Notes under the pieces: generated by a model
Database searches by the model: none
What the model saw: the letters and a program-made list of their open reading frames with translations, nothing else
What the model was told of the DNA's origin: nothing
In this document: one piece after another, positions 24,870-36,700 of the stretch
Layout of the letters: every line of letters begins with the position of its first letter
How positions within the stretch are numbered: position 1 is the stretch's first letter
Made by a program: the position numbers and the translations under genes
NCBI GenBank assembly: GCA_043228905.1
Contig: JBHGNT010000001.1
Span: forward strand, 62,001-126,000
DNA length: 64,000 nt
DNA from: Azolla caroliniana
Lineage: Eukaryota; Plantae; Polypodiophyta
Reading direction: 5' to 3'

Positions 24870-26045
24870 TGCTGCATCTAAGAGTTCATCATATCCATAT
24901 GAACCTACCATATGAAAATATCAGTTCTCTACTACAATCCAATCTCCTTAGACCCTCATGAAAATTTGCTTCTGCCTCCGCCACCATCTTCGATCATCAT
25001 TGTATAAACTAAAAATAAATAAATCTGTTTCAAAATATTTCCACATCAACCATCTCGCCATTTTCCATCAAATTCCTATATAGACAACAAAGAAAACGAA
25101 TACGTTGTCCTCATCCACTCATGAAAATTTGCTTCAACCCTCGACAACATCCTCACTCATCCTTTAAAAAATAAATCACCTTCATTTTCCACAACATCCA
25201 TCTTGCCATTCATCGCCTGAGTCCTGTATCTCTCTATTTTCAACAATTTCCTGTACATACACAAAATAGAATGAATCCACTCTCCTCAAACCCTCATGAA
25301 ATCTTTCTTCTGCCTCCACCACCATCTTCACTCATCGTTCTAAAACTGAAAATAAATAAGTCTGCTTCAAAGAAACTTCCACATAAACCATCTCACCATT
25401 TTCCATAAAAATCTTGTATAGACAACAAGCAAAAAGAATCAGTTGTCCTCATCCACTAATGAAATTCTACTTCAACTCTCTACAACATCCTCACTCATCC
25501 TTTCAAAATTAAATCAGCTTCATTTTCCACTACAACCATCTTGCCATTCATCGCCTGAGTCCTGTACCTACAAAAACCAAAATGATTCTATTGTTCTTAT
25601 CCCGTAATGAAAGGATGCTTTAATGCCTAATGAAAAGATTATTCACCCCCCCACACCATCCTTATCAAATAAAAACATCAGCTTCATTTTCCACATCCAT
25701 CATCTCGTCGATTAAGACTATAGTCTTGTACCTCTCCATTTTCAGTAATTTCCTGTATATACACACTCCTCAGACCCTCATGAAAATTTGCTTCTGCCTT
25801 CGTCACAATCTTCACTCATCGTTCTAAAACTAAAAATAAATAAATTTGCTTCAAAATATTTCCACATCAACTATCTCACCATTTTCCACTAATGAAATTC
25901 CTTTATAGACAACAAACAAAATGAATTAGTTGTCCTCATCCCCTCATGAAATTCCGCTTCAACCGTCAACAACATCCTCACTCATCCTTCCAACAATAAA
26001 TCATCTTAATTTTCCACATAAACTATCTTGCCATTCATCGGTCGG
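24870..26045. repeat. Degenerate complex tandem repeat (~3 higher-order copies)
   Basis: CCCTCATGAAA..TGCTTCTGCCT recurs at ~24953, 25291 and 25776. TTGTCCTCATCC recurs at ~25105, 25443 and 25930. Confidence 0.7.
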
Positions 26046-26411
26046 GTTCGGTACCGAAAAATATGCTACAACCCCTGACATCATCTTCAATCATTAAAAA
26101 TAGAAAAACTGCTTCTTTTTCCCCCATCCACCCTCTTGCTGATTAACAACAAAGGCTTGTACATAAGAAAAAAGAAAAAAGAAAAAAAGAAAAAGAAAAA
26201 GAAAAAGAAAGACAAAATGAGTATACTATTCTGTAACTCCAGCCACCATCTTCGCCACCAAAATCCTTGACCAACCATCTCGCTGAATCCAACAATCTAC
26301 TTCCACGAATAGAGTAAGTCACTTATGCCTCAACCATCTCCTCCATCTTGAGTCATGTTGTCTGCACTATGAACGACGCTGGTGGCGGAAACAAGCAACG
26401 AGGTGGAACGT

Positions 26412-27115
26412 TGTCATTGTACACCACGTAAAATATGTGTGGAGTACCCGATTGACTAAGTATAAAGAAATAGGAGGAAATACTATTTTTAATAATTATG
26501 TTACATGCATAGGGAAGGATTTGAACCCTATACCTCCATGTTAACAATTTCAAGCCTTACCATTGTACTAGCCCATTATGAGTATTAAAATTATACTAAA
26601 CTTTATCTCATGTAAATATTCTAGATAAGCATGATAGAAAAAAAAGTTATTCATGCATACACACTTGAATTAAATGAAAAAGTGTGATAGAAAAGCTAAC
26701 CATGCACATGTAGTGTGCATGAACACTTGAGTTAAAGGAAAAGCATGATGGGAAAAGTTAAGGATGGACATGTAGTGTGCATGTACACTAGAGTTAGAAA
26801 AGGCATGATGCTTGCATGTCGTAAACTTAGACTCTCAAGGGTTGTTGTTGATTTGAGGGTCTAAATATTGATTAATATAATACTCGTGGGATTCATGAGG
26901 TTTTCGATCCCTCTTTTCCAATCTATTCCAAAGTACAATTAGGGTTAAAATATTAATAAACTAACAAACTATTCTTGTGGGATTCACAAATTTCCTATAT
27001 CTCTCTTACAATATATTCTTAACTAGATTCATCTCAAATTCTTCCCCCTCCTAGTCCAAAACCCCAACGGTTCCCACCCGACTCACGCAACGATTCGGCG
27101 CCGAATGGCACAACA
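26412..27115 (+). mobile_element. Solo LTR with 4-bp TSD ACGT
   Basis: TGTC...AACA ends, ACGT at 26408-26411 and 27116-27119. The 3' end (TCCAAAACCCCAACGGTTCCC..CACGC) resembles U5 of the Trp-PBS group. Confidence 0.75.
26507..26577 (-). promoter_or_regulatory. tRNA-like A/B-box module in solo LTR
   Basis: A box TAGTACAATGG (26570-26560) and B box GGTTCAAATCC (26527-26517). Confidence 0.7.
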
Positions 27116-27647
27116 ACGTAATTCCACTTAACATCATCACCTGCATCCAACATAATAGGAATAGATGCCCCGACTCTATGAATTCTTCTTCTTTTCCGAT
27201 TAGCTTTATTTCCATAACCCTTATAACTATCATACTCACCTTTGATTGTATGTATCAATAATTCCCAAAAGGTCTTAACCTAATCCACAACATGAATTTG
27301 TTCATTGTTGTATAGTTTGGAACACCTCACTTTCCACAAAACCCATAGGGCCAAAGAGGAAACAATCTGCCAAATATAACACTGTGAGAAGAACTTGATT
27401 CCCATCACGAAGGTTGAACCAAAGTACACCTGAAAACTTTTCACATGTAAAGTCAATGAAGAATTATGATAATGATAAAAAGCCTTTTGTTGAGCCAACG
27501 TTCCCCAAAATACTACACCCCACGTGAAAATGGCCGACCTATACTTACAACCTAATAACTTACGAATTCGAAACCAAAAACTTTTGGCCGCAACACATTC
27601 CCAAAAAACATGATGCAATGTCTCAAATGCAAACCCACAACTACATT

Positions 27648-28092
27648 TATCAAAAAGCTCATAGTGTCCTCGTATGATATCAGATTTCAGAGTTCAAATA
27701 GGTGAATCAAAGCTAACGAAGTACCCTATGATATGATATCATTAAATCTAAATTGTGAAATTCAGAGCGATAGACACAAAAGAAAAAGTAAAGTTGTGTC
27801 ACAAATAAAGCAAACACATACAAGAGCAACCACATATATCAAAAAGCTCATAGCAGCCTCGTATGATATCGGATTTCTGAGTTCAAATAGGTGAATCAAA
27901 GCTAATGAAGTACCCTATGATATGATATCATAAAATAAAAATTATGAAATTCAACGTGAGAGACATGAAAGAAAAAGTAAAGGTGTGTCACAAATAAAGT
28001 TGAGAAGGACAAGCACAACCACATACATCAAAAAGCTCATAACGTCCTCGTATGATATCGGATTTCAGAGTTCAAATAGGTGAATCAAAGCT
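27648..28092. repeat. ~190-bp tandem repeat, 2.3 copies, inside LINE ORF2
   Basis: ATCAAAAAGCTCATA...TTCAAATAGGTGAATCAAAGCT starts at ~27649, 27838 and 28027. Confidence 0.85.
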
Positions 28093-28385
28093 TCCCCGCA
28101 GGTGCTGACTCAATCTGATTCAAAAGAAAATTCCTCCCAAACGCCACAGAATATGTGAAGAATGGGAGGACCTTCGTTTGCGAAGTGTTGATTGGATCTG
28201 GACAACTTCCAACCATAATCAAACGGATCCCAATGCAAATCGACAATTGGCCTAGATTGTAATACCCAAATATGAGATGAATATTTAGCAATTAAGGAAT
28301 TAGGATCTATAAAGATCTTTTTATCTAATCGAGCAATTACTCGCACTGGTAACTTATTTGCAGAAGACATAATTGGAGCCTCCTC

Positions 28386-31300
28386 TGTTGGAGACAAAGT
28401 CGTCAGTGCGGAAGATCAAGGAGCATTCGAGTGCTGCTGAATACCTGTGTATGACTGTTTCTATGTCGTTGCACAGAGAGAGAGTGAGAGAGAGAGAGAG
28501 GGACACAAAAGAGTTTCTTATTTCATAAAGTAATAATACAACATCCAACCTTACAAAAAGGTTACAAGGTCACTATATATAGTGACCGACTTAGGGCAAC
28601 TACCCTTTATGCTAATTACATAAATGGCCAAAACGGGATAGTGTGAATACGTCCATTATACACATGTATTCGACACTCCCCCGTAATGGGCGTATACATG
28701 GGTTATCTAAGATTACAGGTATAGACTTAGGTTCTCGGACATATCAGCTTTGTTCGAGTCGGCAGGGTCCGAAGGCAGAAGACCGAACTGGTCGGGTCGG
28801 AACAGTTGAAGCCGATCATTAAGGAACTGATGTCGGTTGTCGGAAACCATCCTGCGCTGTGTCCGGCTCTAACCGGACTGGTTTGTCGTTACGCCCATCT
28901 GATGCCGAAGAGACCGAAAGCGGTCTGCCGAAAGACACTTGGTCATTCCATCTGCGACATTGTCGGTTGTGGATATTTTCTCTAGACCGATTTTCCCTGA
29001 AATGACGCAGTCCCGAACGAAGTGATATCGAACGTCGATATGTTTGGAGGCGTTGTGGTGAACCGGATTTTTTGACAAGGCAACAGCACCTTGACTGTCG
29101 CTATAGACAACTGGAGCCGAGTCATGGTCGACTTGTTGAAACGTGTGCGCCAGCCGACCGAGCCACAAAGCTTCTTTTGCTGCGTCGGACGCAGCTACAT
29201 ATTCTGCTTCGGTCGTTGAGGTCGCTGTGCACTCCTGAAGTTTCGACTTCCACGAGATTGCTCCATTGCCGAATTTGAAGCAGTATCCGGTTGTTGATTT
29301 CCGACTGTCTATACAGCCGGCGAAGTCCGAGTCGGTGTAACCGACTACGCCTGAGGTTCGGTTCGGACCGAAAAGAATGCCGTGGTCTTTTGTGCCAGCC
29401 AGATATCTGAACACATGCTTGACTGCGTTCCAATGCGATCGGCCAGGATTGTGCATAAATCTGCTAACGACTCCTACGGCGTGAGAAATATCAGGCCGTG
29501 TCGCGACCATCAGGTACATAAGGGAGCCGACTGCCGGTGCATACGGTACCGACTTCATATCTTCCCCCTCCGGACCGGATGTCGGGCAGTCTCGCTGAGA
29601 GAGCCGAAGATTCATAGGGAGCGGGGTTGAAGCAGATTTGGCTGATTGCATGTTGAAGCGTTCTAAGACACGTCCGATATAGTCGGTCTGAGACAAAAAA
29701 AGATGTCGTTTATCGCGATGCCGACTAATTTTCATGCCAAGGATGTGTCGTGCCGGACCGAGGTCCTTCATGGCAAACTTCAACCGCAGTTGCCGAATGA
29801 GATCGGCAAGTTCGCCCGCGTGGCGTCCAGAAATTAGCATGTCGTCCACGTAAATGATGAGGAAGATGGGTGATCCATCTTGAGCTGTGTTGGTAAAGAG
29901 ACAATGGTCCTCATCGCTTTTTGAGAAGCCGATCGATTGGATGAAGTCGTCGAACTTCTTGTACCATTGTCGTGGTGCCTGTTTGAGGCCGTATAGACTC
30001 TTCCTGAGTCGGCAGACTAGATGTTCTTGGCCGGTTGCCACGAAGCCTTTTGGCTGCTCCATATAAATTTCCTCGTCAAGATCACCATGGAGGAATGCTG
30101 TTTTGACATCTAGCTGAATCAGCTCCAAGTTGTCGGCTGCCACTACGCCGAGTAGAAAACGAAGGGTTGTCATTTTCACCACTGGTGAAAAAATCTCGTC
30201 GAAGTCGACGCCATATTCTTGTCGGAAGCCCTTCGCAACTAATCTGGCCTTGTACTTTGGGGTGGTCGAATCAGACGTCTCTTTTAGTCGATAAACCCAC
30301 TTGCAAGGAAGAGCACGTCGGTTCCTAGGTAATTCGACCAGATCCCAAGTCTTGTTTGCCCGAATGGAGTGCATTTCCGACTCCATCGCCAGATGCCAGG
30401 TGGCGGAATCGACAGATGTCGATGCTTCTTCGTAAGACGTCGGTTCGCCGGCGTCGGTGAAGAAAATTCCAGGAGAATACCTCTCCGGAGGTTGCGACAG
30501 TCTCTCGGATCGGCGAGGTAAGATTGGACTGGTCGCATCGGGTATCAAGGCCGGATGGTCCGAAAGCGGATTGTTCTGCTGTGCCGAGTCGGGGTTGTCC
30601 GAGTCGGTAGTGTAAGGTTCAGCTACCCGTGAAGCTGACCGTGTGTTGAGAGCAGGGCCTTCTTGAAGGGTCGGCACATCGGAAAATGTTACCCTTCGGA
30701 CTTCGATCGGTTTTTCGACTGATGGATTCATAGCCGACTCGTTGAACACAACGTCCGAACTTCGAACGATTTGTCTGCGTTCGGGGTCCCAGAGTCGGTA
30801 TCCCATTTCGCCGTCGGATCCATATCCGAGGAAAATGCATTTCCTGGACCGAGGTGCAAGTTTTCGGCGATCATCTTTCGGAATGAGGGCGTACGCCTCG
30901 CATCCGAAGATCCTCAGCTTGTCGTAATTCGGCTTACTGCCGATCCATAGTTCCTGAGGAATTTGAAGTCCTAGAGGTCTACTTGGCGACATATTGATTA
31001 TGTGTACTGCCGTGAGTAGAGCCTCTGCCCAGAAGCCATCCGACAGTCCGGAGTGTTGGAGCATGGAAACTGTCCGTTCTTGGATTGTCCGATTCATTCG
31101 TTCTGCAATCCCGTTTTGCTCCGGACTGTGTGGTGCCGTAAGTTCACGTCGGATGCCGCGTTGTCGGCAGAATTTGACGAATTCTTCGGATTTAAACTCT
31201 CCCCCGTTGTCGGTTCGAAAGCATTTCAGCTTTCGGTCGGTTTGATTTTCCACCATAGCGAGCCAATCGGTGAAGATCGAGAAGACACGATCTTTGGTGC

Positions 31301-33754
31301 GAATTGGATAAGCCCACACCTTTCGAGTCGAATCGTCAATAAAACTGACGAAGTAAGAGGCACCGCCAAGAGACTGATGCGGCATTGGGCCACAGACGTC
31401 CGAGTGGACCAAATCGAGAGGTCTCGTTTCTCTTGGTGCTGATGTCGGGTGTGATGCGGCTGCTTGTTTGCCATACTGGCAATGCTCGCAGAATTGATGG
31501 TCGGAGAAGGAGAGTTTAGGGATGTATCCGGCTCTAGATAGGTGCGTGATGCCGGCCTTGCTGAGGTGTCCTAATCTTCTGTGCCATAGTGATGACACAG
31601 GAATATCCACCAAAAACAGGTTACCCTCTCTGAGCGTAACATGTAACGGATACAGGGAGTGTATCTTGGGTCCTCTAGCAAGCAGGAGGTTCCCCCTGTG
31701 GAGTGTCCACCCTCCCGAAGAAAAACCGGCACGAATGCCGTCTTCATCTAGTTGTCCGACTGAGATCAATGGCCTTGAGAGCTCGGGTACGTGTCGGACA
31801 TTGTGGAGTACAAGTGTAGAGCCACTTGCAAGGTTGAGCTCTACTGTGCCGATTCCGATGATGTCACAGTGTTGCGAGTTACCGACTCGAACTGAGTCGG
31901 AGTGACGGATCGTATATTGCCGAAATTGGGATCGATGAGGAGTCACGTGAAATGACGCGCCCGAATCCAAGAGCCATGTGCTCGATTCTTCAGTCGTGAG
32001 CAGAACTTCTGATCCGACTGGATTTTCGATTGATAGGATATTCGGGTCGTCTGGTAGCACATCAGCCGAGAAGCTGACGTAATTGATCTCCTCATGCCGG
32101 CCACTCTTCTTGTTGTTCTTGTTCTTGAGTGCGCGGCAGTCGGCTTTGATGTGTCCGGGTTTCTTGCAGTAGTTGCAGATTCGGTTATCCCGTGACTGGC
32201 TCCGTCTTCGCTGATTGTTCGGCGGCCGTGAGGAATCTCTTCCTCGTATGTTCGATCGGTCTGTCGAACCTTGTACTACGTAAGCGTCGTCTGTTGAGTC
32301 TTTGGCGAAAGACTTTCTCCGAGCTGCTTCGGTCAGGATTGCGCTCGTGACTTCGGAGTATTTAACAGCCGTGGTTGACGCGTTGCACACGGTTGTGACG
32401 AAAGTTTCCCATGATGAGGGAAGGCTGCTCATGAGTATCATTGCTCTGAGTTCATCCTCGATTGCCGTCCCCTGTGACGAGATTTGGGAGCTTATGCTTT
32501 CGTACTCATTGAGGTGTGCTTGAACCGAATCAGATTCTTTCATCCGCAAGTTGTAGAGGCGCCGGATCAGAAACATCTTCGTTGCGGCGACCTTCTTTTC
32601 GTAAGTGTCCGACAGTGTTTTCCACAGTTCGAATGCTGTCATACACGATTGCACCGTAAAGTATACCGATTCCGATAGGTGCATCCGAATCGTGGCGCGG
32701 ACAATTCTGTCCAGCTTCTGCCACTCAATTGGTTTGTATCCTTCTGGAGGTTCTTCATTTTCGATGGGATCGATTTGCCCCTTGACTATGAGATAGTCCT
32801 GCATTTGCTCCTTCCAGAAGTTGAAGTTCGATCCATCGAACTTTCGTAGACTCATTTCTGACGAGCCGGATGTTGATGCCATCAAATTTGGTTTCGGTTG
32901 ACGAAGCTCGGTTCGGAGTTGACTACGAGCCTTGTTGGAGTGCAGCCGGTTGGCTCACCCGATATTGCTCTAGTCGGATTTGAACCCGAGTCGGTTCGGC
33001 TTCGGAACTTGCTCGAATTGACTCCGGTAGCTTGAGGGGCAGAACCGACTGGTCTTCCCGAATGTTGCCGAGTCGGAGTGAGCCTGGTTCGCTTCGGATA
33101 TATATGCCGAATACCGATTATTGAAACCGATTATCTGGACCGATTCTGCTTCGGTTGACTGCAGCAACGAGAGAGACGGATCCAACTGATCCTCCCGAAT
33201 GTCGATCAGCCAGATGAAGCACGAATTTGGGTTGTTGTCAATGTTGCACAAGGGGATTTCACCTCGAGCGGTTACGATCACAAGGAACAGAGTACAACCT
33301 GCTGGCTTACTCCAAGCGAAGATGATCTAACGCGATGAGATGCAAACCTCGTTTTTCTTCTTCTTCTCTCTTCGAATGACGCAGGAAACCGAATACTGTG
33401 CAGGCTGAGACGACGGCCGACAGCGGATTGAAGGACCGACTACTGTGCAGGCTCTGATACCAGATGTTGGAGACAAAGTCGTCAGTGCGGAAGATCAAGG
33501 AGCATTCGAGTGCTGCTGAATACCTGCGTATGACTGTTTCTATGTTGTTGCACAGAGAGAGAGTGAGAGAGAGAGAGAGGGACACAAAAGAGTTTCTTAT
33601 TTCATAAAGTAATAATACAACATCCAACCTTACAAAAAGGTTACAAGGTCACTATATATAGTGACCGACTTAGGGCAACTACCCTTTATGCTAATTACAT
33701 AAATGGCCAAAACGGGATAGTGTGAATACGTCCATTATACACATGTATTCGACA
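28386..33754 (-). mobile_element. Full-length intact Ty1/copia element; TSD TCCTC
   Basis: 290-bp LTRs 28386-28675 and 33465-33754 with 2 mismatches. TSD at 28381-28385 and 33755-33759. Met-i PBS TGGTATCAGAGCC and PPT GGGGGGAG. Confidence 0.97.
28869..32885 (-). CDS. copia Gag-Pol polyprotein, 1338 aa, uninterrupted
   Basis: CNYCKKPGHIKADC, LLDSGAS, HHCC plus HSDVCG/TDNGGEF/AERMNRT, IYVDDML, YTDSD...ASKHIDVRYHF. Confidence 0.97.
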   Translation of the reverse strand: MMASTSGSSEMSLRKFDGSNFNFWKEQMQDYLIVKGQIDPIENEEPPEGYKPIEWQKLDRIVRATIRMHLSESVYFTVQSCMTAFELWKTLSDTYEKKVAATKMFLIRRLYNLRMKESDSVQAHLNEYESISSQISSQGTAIEDELRAMILMSSLPSSWETFVTTVCNASTTAVKYSEVTSAILTEAARRKSFAKDSTDDAYVVQGSTDRSNIRGRDSSRPPNNQRRRSQSRDNRICNYCKKPGHIKADCRALKNKNNKKSGRHEEINYVSFSADVLPDDPNILSIENPVGSEVLLTTEESSTWLLDSGASFHVTPHRSQFRQYTIRHSDSVRVGNSQHCDIIGIGTVELNLASGSTLVLHNVRHVPELSRPLISVGQLDEDGIRAGFSSGGWTLHRGNLLLARGPKIHSLYPLHVTLREGNLFLVDIPVSSLWHRRLGHLSKAGITHLSRAGYIPKLSFSDHQFCEHCQYGKQAAASHPTSAPRETRPLDLVHSDVCGPMPHQSLGGASYFVSFIDDSTRKVWAYPIRTKDRVFSIFTDWLAMVENQTDRKLKCFRTDNGGEFKSEEFVKFCRQRGIRRELTAPHSPEQNGIAERMNRTIQERTVSMLQHSGLSDGFWAEALLTAVHIINMSPSRPLGLQIPQELWIGSKPNYDKLRIFGCEAYALIPKDDRRKLAPRSRKCIFLGYGSDGEMGYRLWDPERRQIVRSSDVVFNESAMNPSVEKPIEVRRVTFSDVPTLQEGPALNTRSASRVAEPYTTDSDNPDSAQQNNPLSDHPALIPDATSPILPRRSERLSQPPERYSPGIFFTDAGEPTSYEEASTSVDSATWHLAMESEMHSIRANKTWDLVELPRNRRALPCKWVYRLKETSDSTTPKYKARLVAKGFRQEYGVDFDEIFSPVVKMTTLRFLLGVVAADNLELIQLDVKTAFLHGDLDEEIYMEQPKGFVATGQEHLVCRLRKSLYGLKQAPRQWYKKFDDFIQSIGFSKSDEDHCLFTNTAQDGSPIFLIIYVDDMLISGRHAGELADLIRQLRLKFAMKDLGPARHILGMKISRHRDKRHLFLSQTDYIGRVLERFNMQSAKSASTPLPMNLRLSQRDCPTSGPEGEDMKSVPYAPAVGSLMYLMVATRPDISHAVGVVSRFMHNPGRSHWNAVKHVFRYLAGTKDHGILFGPNRTSGVVGYTDSDFAGCIDSRKSTTGYCFKFGNGAISWKSKLQECTATSTTEAEYVAASDAAKEALWLGRLAHTFQQVDHDSAPVVYSDSQGAVALSKNPVHHNASKHIDVRYHFVRDCVISGKIGLEKISTTDNVADGMTKCLSADRFRSLRHQMGVTTNQSG

Positions 33755-36700
33755 TCCTCCTCCACTAAAAACAACCTACCATTATCCAGAACTTCATAAA
33801 AATAAAGGTTGCTATTTTGATGGTATAAACGAGCTCCTATAAGTATATTACAAGCCGAAAACATACCATACCAATTCTGAAAATGACCGAACTACATAGT
33901 TTGCATTGTTACCTCAAACACCGTGGACACTTGAGAGAACATAATATTTGCCCCTCTTAAATTAGACAACCTATTCCTCTGGTCTTGCGTTGAACGCTCC
34001 AAAAACTTCAGCCACTCCGCAACTGTACAGGCAGGGCCCCTATCCAATGCCGCCCAAGATAACCTAGGCCGTAAACCCAAAACACATGCAACTTCATCAA
34101 TAAATAAAGGATTCCATACCAATGGTTGACGCATGAATTGAGAATAAGTTTTTGGTGGCAAGAAAACAAGTGCTTGACGCATACTTTCCCATGCATGACT
34201 AATTCCATTAAAGAAACGTAAAGACCCAACTGTCGACTTAGGTAACGGAAAATCCAAATTAAAGAACCATCTAAGACTATCCCTCCATTGACCACCTGTC
34301 GATGGCTTAAACTTATGTAAAAGAAGAATCCATAACTTTTTCCATAATTCCTCTCTAGGCAATAAACTCCTAACAACATGTTTAGCAAGTAATGTCTTAC
34401 TTTGCATCAAGGGATCAATCAAACCTAAAGCTCCTTTTTGTTTAGACTGTATAAGAACTGACCAAGCGACCTTTGTTATAGGAGTGTCTGAACTAGCATT
34501 CCCCCAAGTAAAATTTCATACTAGACATTGAACTTTAAGCATTACTGACCTAGAAAACAACCATGTAGATGCTATATACCAAATCGAGGACAAAAGCACC
34601 GAATTTGCAACAACTACACGTCGTGCTAAGGACAACTTTTCCTTATTCCAGTATATTAACTGATTTCTTAATCTTACCAACAAGGGCGCTATCATATATT
34701 CTGCATTTAATCCCAAACCCACTCTACATCCTAAATACCTAATAGAATGACATGTATGTATCCATGTAAATCCTCAACTAAATACATTAATTGGCGGATC
34801 TCCCTCAACCACTCAAAAACCTGATGATTTACCCCAATTAATTAATGCACCCGATGCATCTAAGAAGTCATCCACAACTTTTTGAACCTGCAACAACTTA
34901 ACTTGTGAGGCTTGAACATAGAGAGTTGTATCATTAGCAAACTCACTATCCACGCCAACATTTGCAAATGGTAGTGCTAAACCTTTGATATTTACATGAT
35001 GAGAGTTTAAATGTACAGAAAATGCTTCAAAAACTAGTAGAAACAAAAAAGGAGAAAGCGGTCATCCTTGTCTTACATATCTTGAAATAAAGAAACACCT
35101 ACCAACATCCCTTGCAAATAAAAGAGAATTGTGTGCATTACAATATAGTGCTAAAACTCCTTGAATCCATCAGTTTGGAAACCCTATCCTGGGCAAAGTA
35201 CCCTCCATAAAATCCCAATCCACTCTATCATAAGCTTTCTCAAAATCAAGAAATAACACTGCCAAATCTTGCTTATGTAATTCAGCGAAGGCAACCATTT
35301 CCCAAAAAAGAATAATATTATAAAAAATACTCCGTTCTTGCATAAAACCAATTTGGGAAACATGAATCAGCTCAGAAAGATAAGGTTGTAAACGACTAAC
35401 TATCGTTTTTGCTAATATCTTATAGATAACATTCAACAAAGTAATTGGTCTCCAATGCTGAAGCTCCTCTAACTAACCACTTGATTTGGGAATCATATAT
35501 CATTCCAATCTTGTGGCATATTTCTAGAGTCTAAAATCTGTCGATAAGCTTTGGTCAGTTCCTCACCTATAAGATCCCAATACTTTATATACCATTGAAC
35601 CCCCAACCCATCCAATCCAGGACAAACATCCTTTGCTAGGGTCTTTGCCGCTTTCATAGTCTCTTGAGGGCTTAATGGTTTCAAAGACATTCTGAAAGTT
35701 GTATAGATACTCTACTTTGAATCCTTGACCATACAATATCCCGTTTTTAAACAAATCATCTCTAGAAAAGGATCTAGCCTTCAACAAATTTTCATAATAA
35801 TTCGAGGCTATTTGACGCATCTGACTAGGATCAGTGGTATAAGAGCCATCATGACATTTTAAACAAGAAATCCTAGCACAACTTATGATGATTATGCATT
35901 GCAAAGAACGGTTTATTGACTTTATCTCCCAACTCTGCCCATTCAGAAAGTATATTATGGTAAGTAAAATTAGTTGAAACCTTTTGTAATTCCAATATCA
36001 AATTCCCTACTTGTATTACTCTAGAGCTTATATAAGTTGAATATGGCCTTCTCTCTTGTAGATGCTGCAAGGACCGCAATCCCTTACGAAGTCGTCCTAT
36101 TTTAGTAAAAGTTGCATGAAATACTTGTTTGTCCTTACAGTGGAAGAATTGTTGTATTTCAATAATAGCCTTCTGAACACTAGATAAAGCATAATCATAA
36201 GAATAGTCACACTTATTCCAGATATTGTACAGATTAGGAGCCCAATCTTGGCTAAGAACCACATGATTCGGAATTCTAAATCTCGAAGTTTTAGACTAGT
36301 CTTGCAAGATTATAGCTAAACGAAGTGGTGCCTGATTAGAAAAGGAAAATGAAGGAAGGATTCCAATAAAACCTCCTTTGTCCCATAAAAACTTATCAAC
36401 AAAGAATCTATCTAGCCTAGACAAATTGGTATGTGACTCTCTTCTATCTGATCTTGAATAAGCTAAAGAATCTTGCATCTTTACAAAAGAAGACACTTGC
36501 CACAAGTCCATTAATCCCAAGGAAAAAATCAAACGTTCTCATTCATATAATTCTGAACCAGATATTGTATGTGGTATGCTTCCTAACCTATCACTCACAT
36601 CCTCCAACATATAAAAATCATCCGCAATCGCCCAATGGTCCACAATAGGTACTTGTGAAAGTATTCTTTTCCATAATATCGCTCGATCTCTTGCATGATT

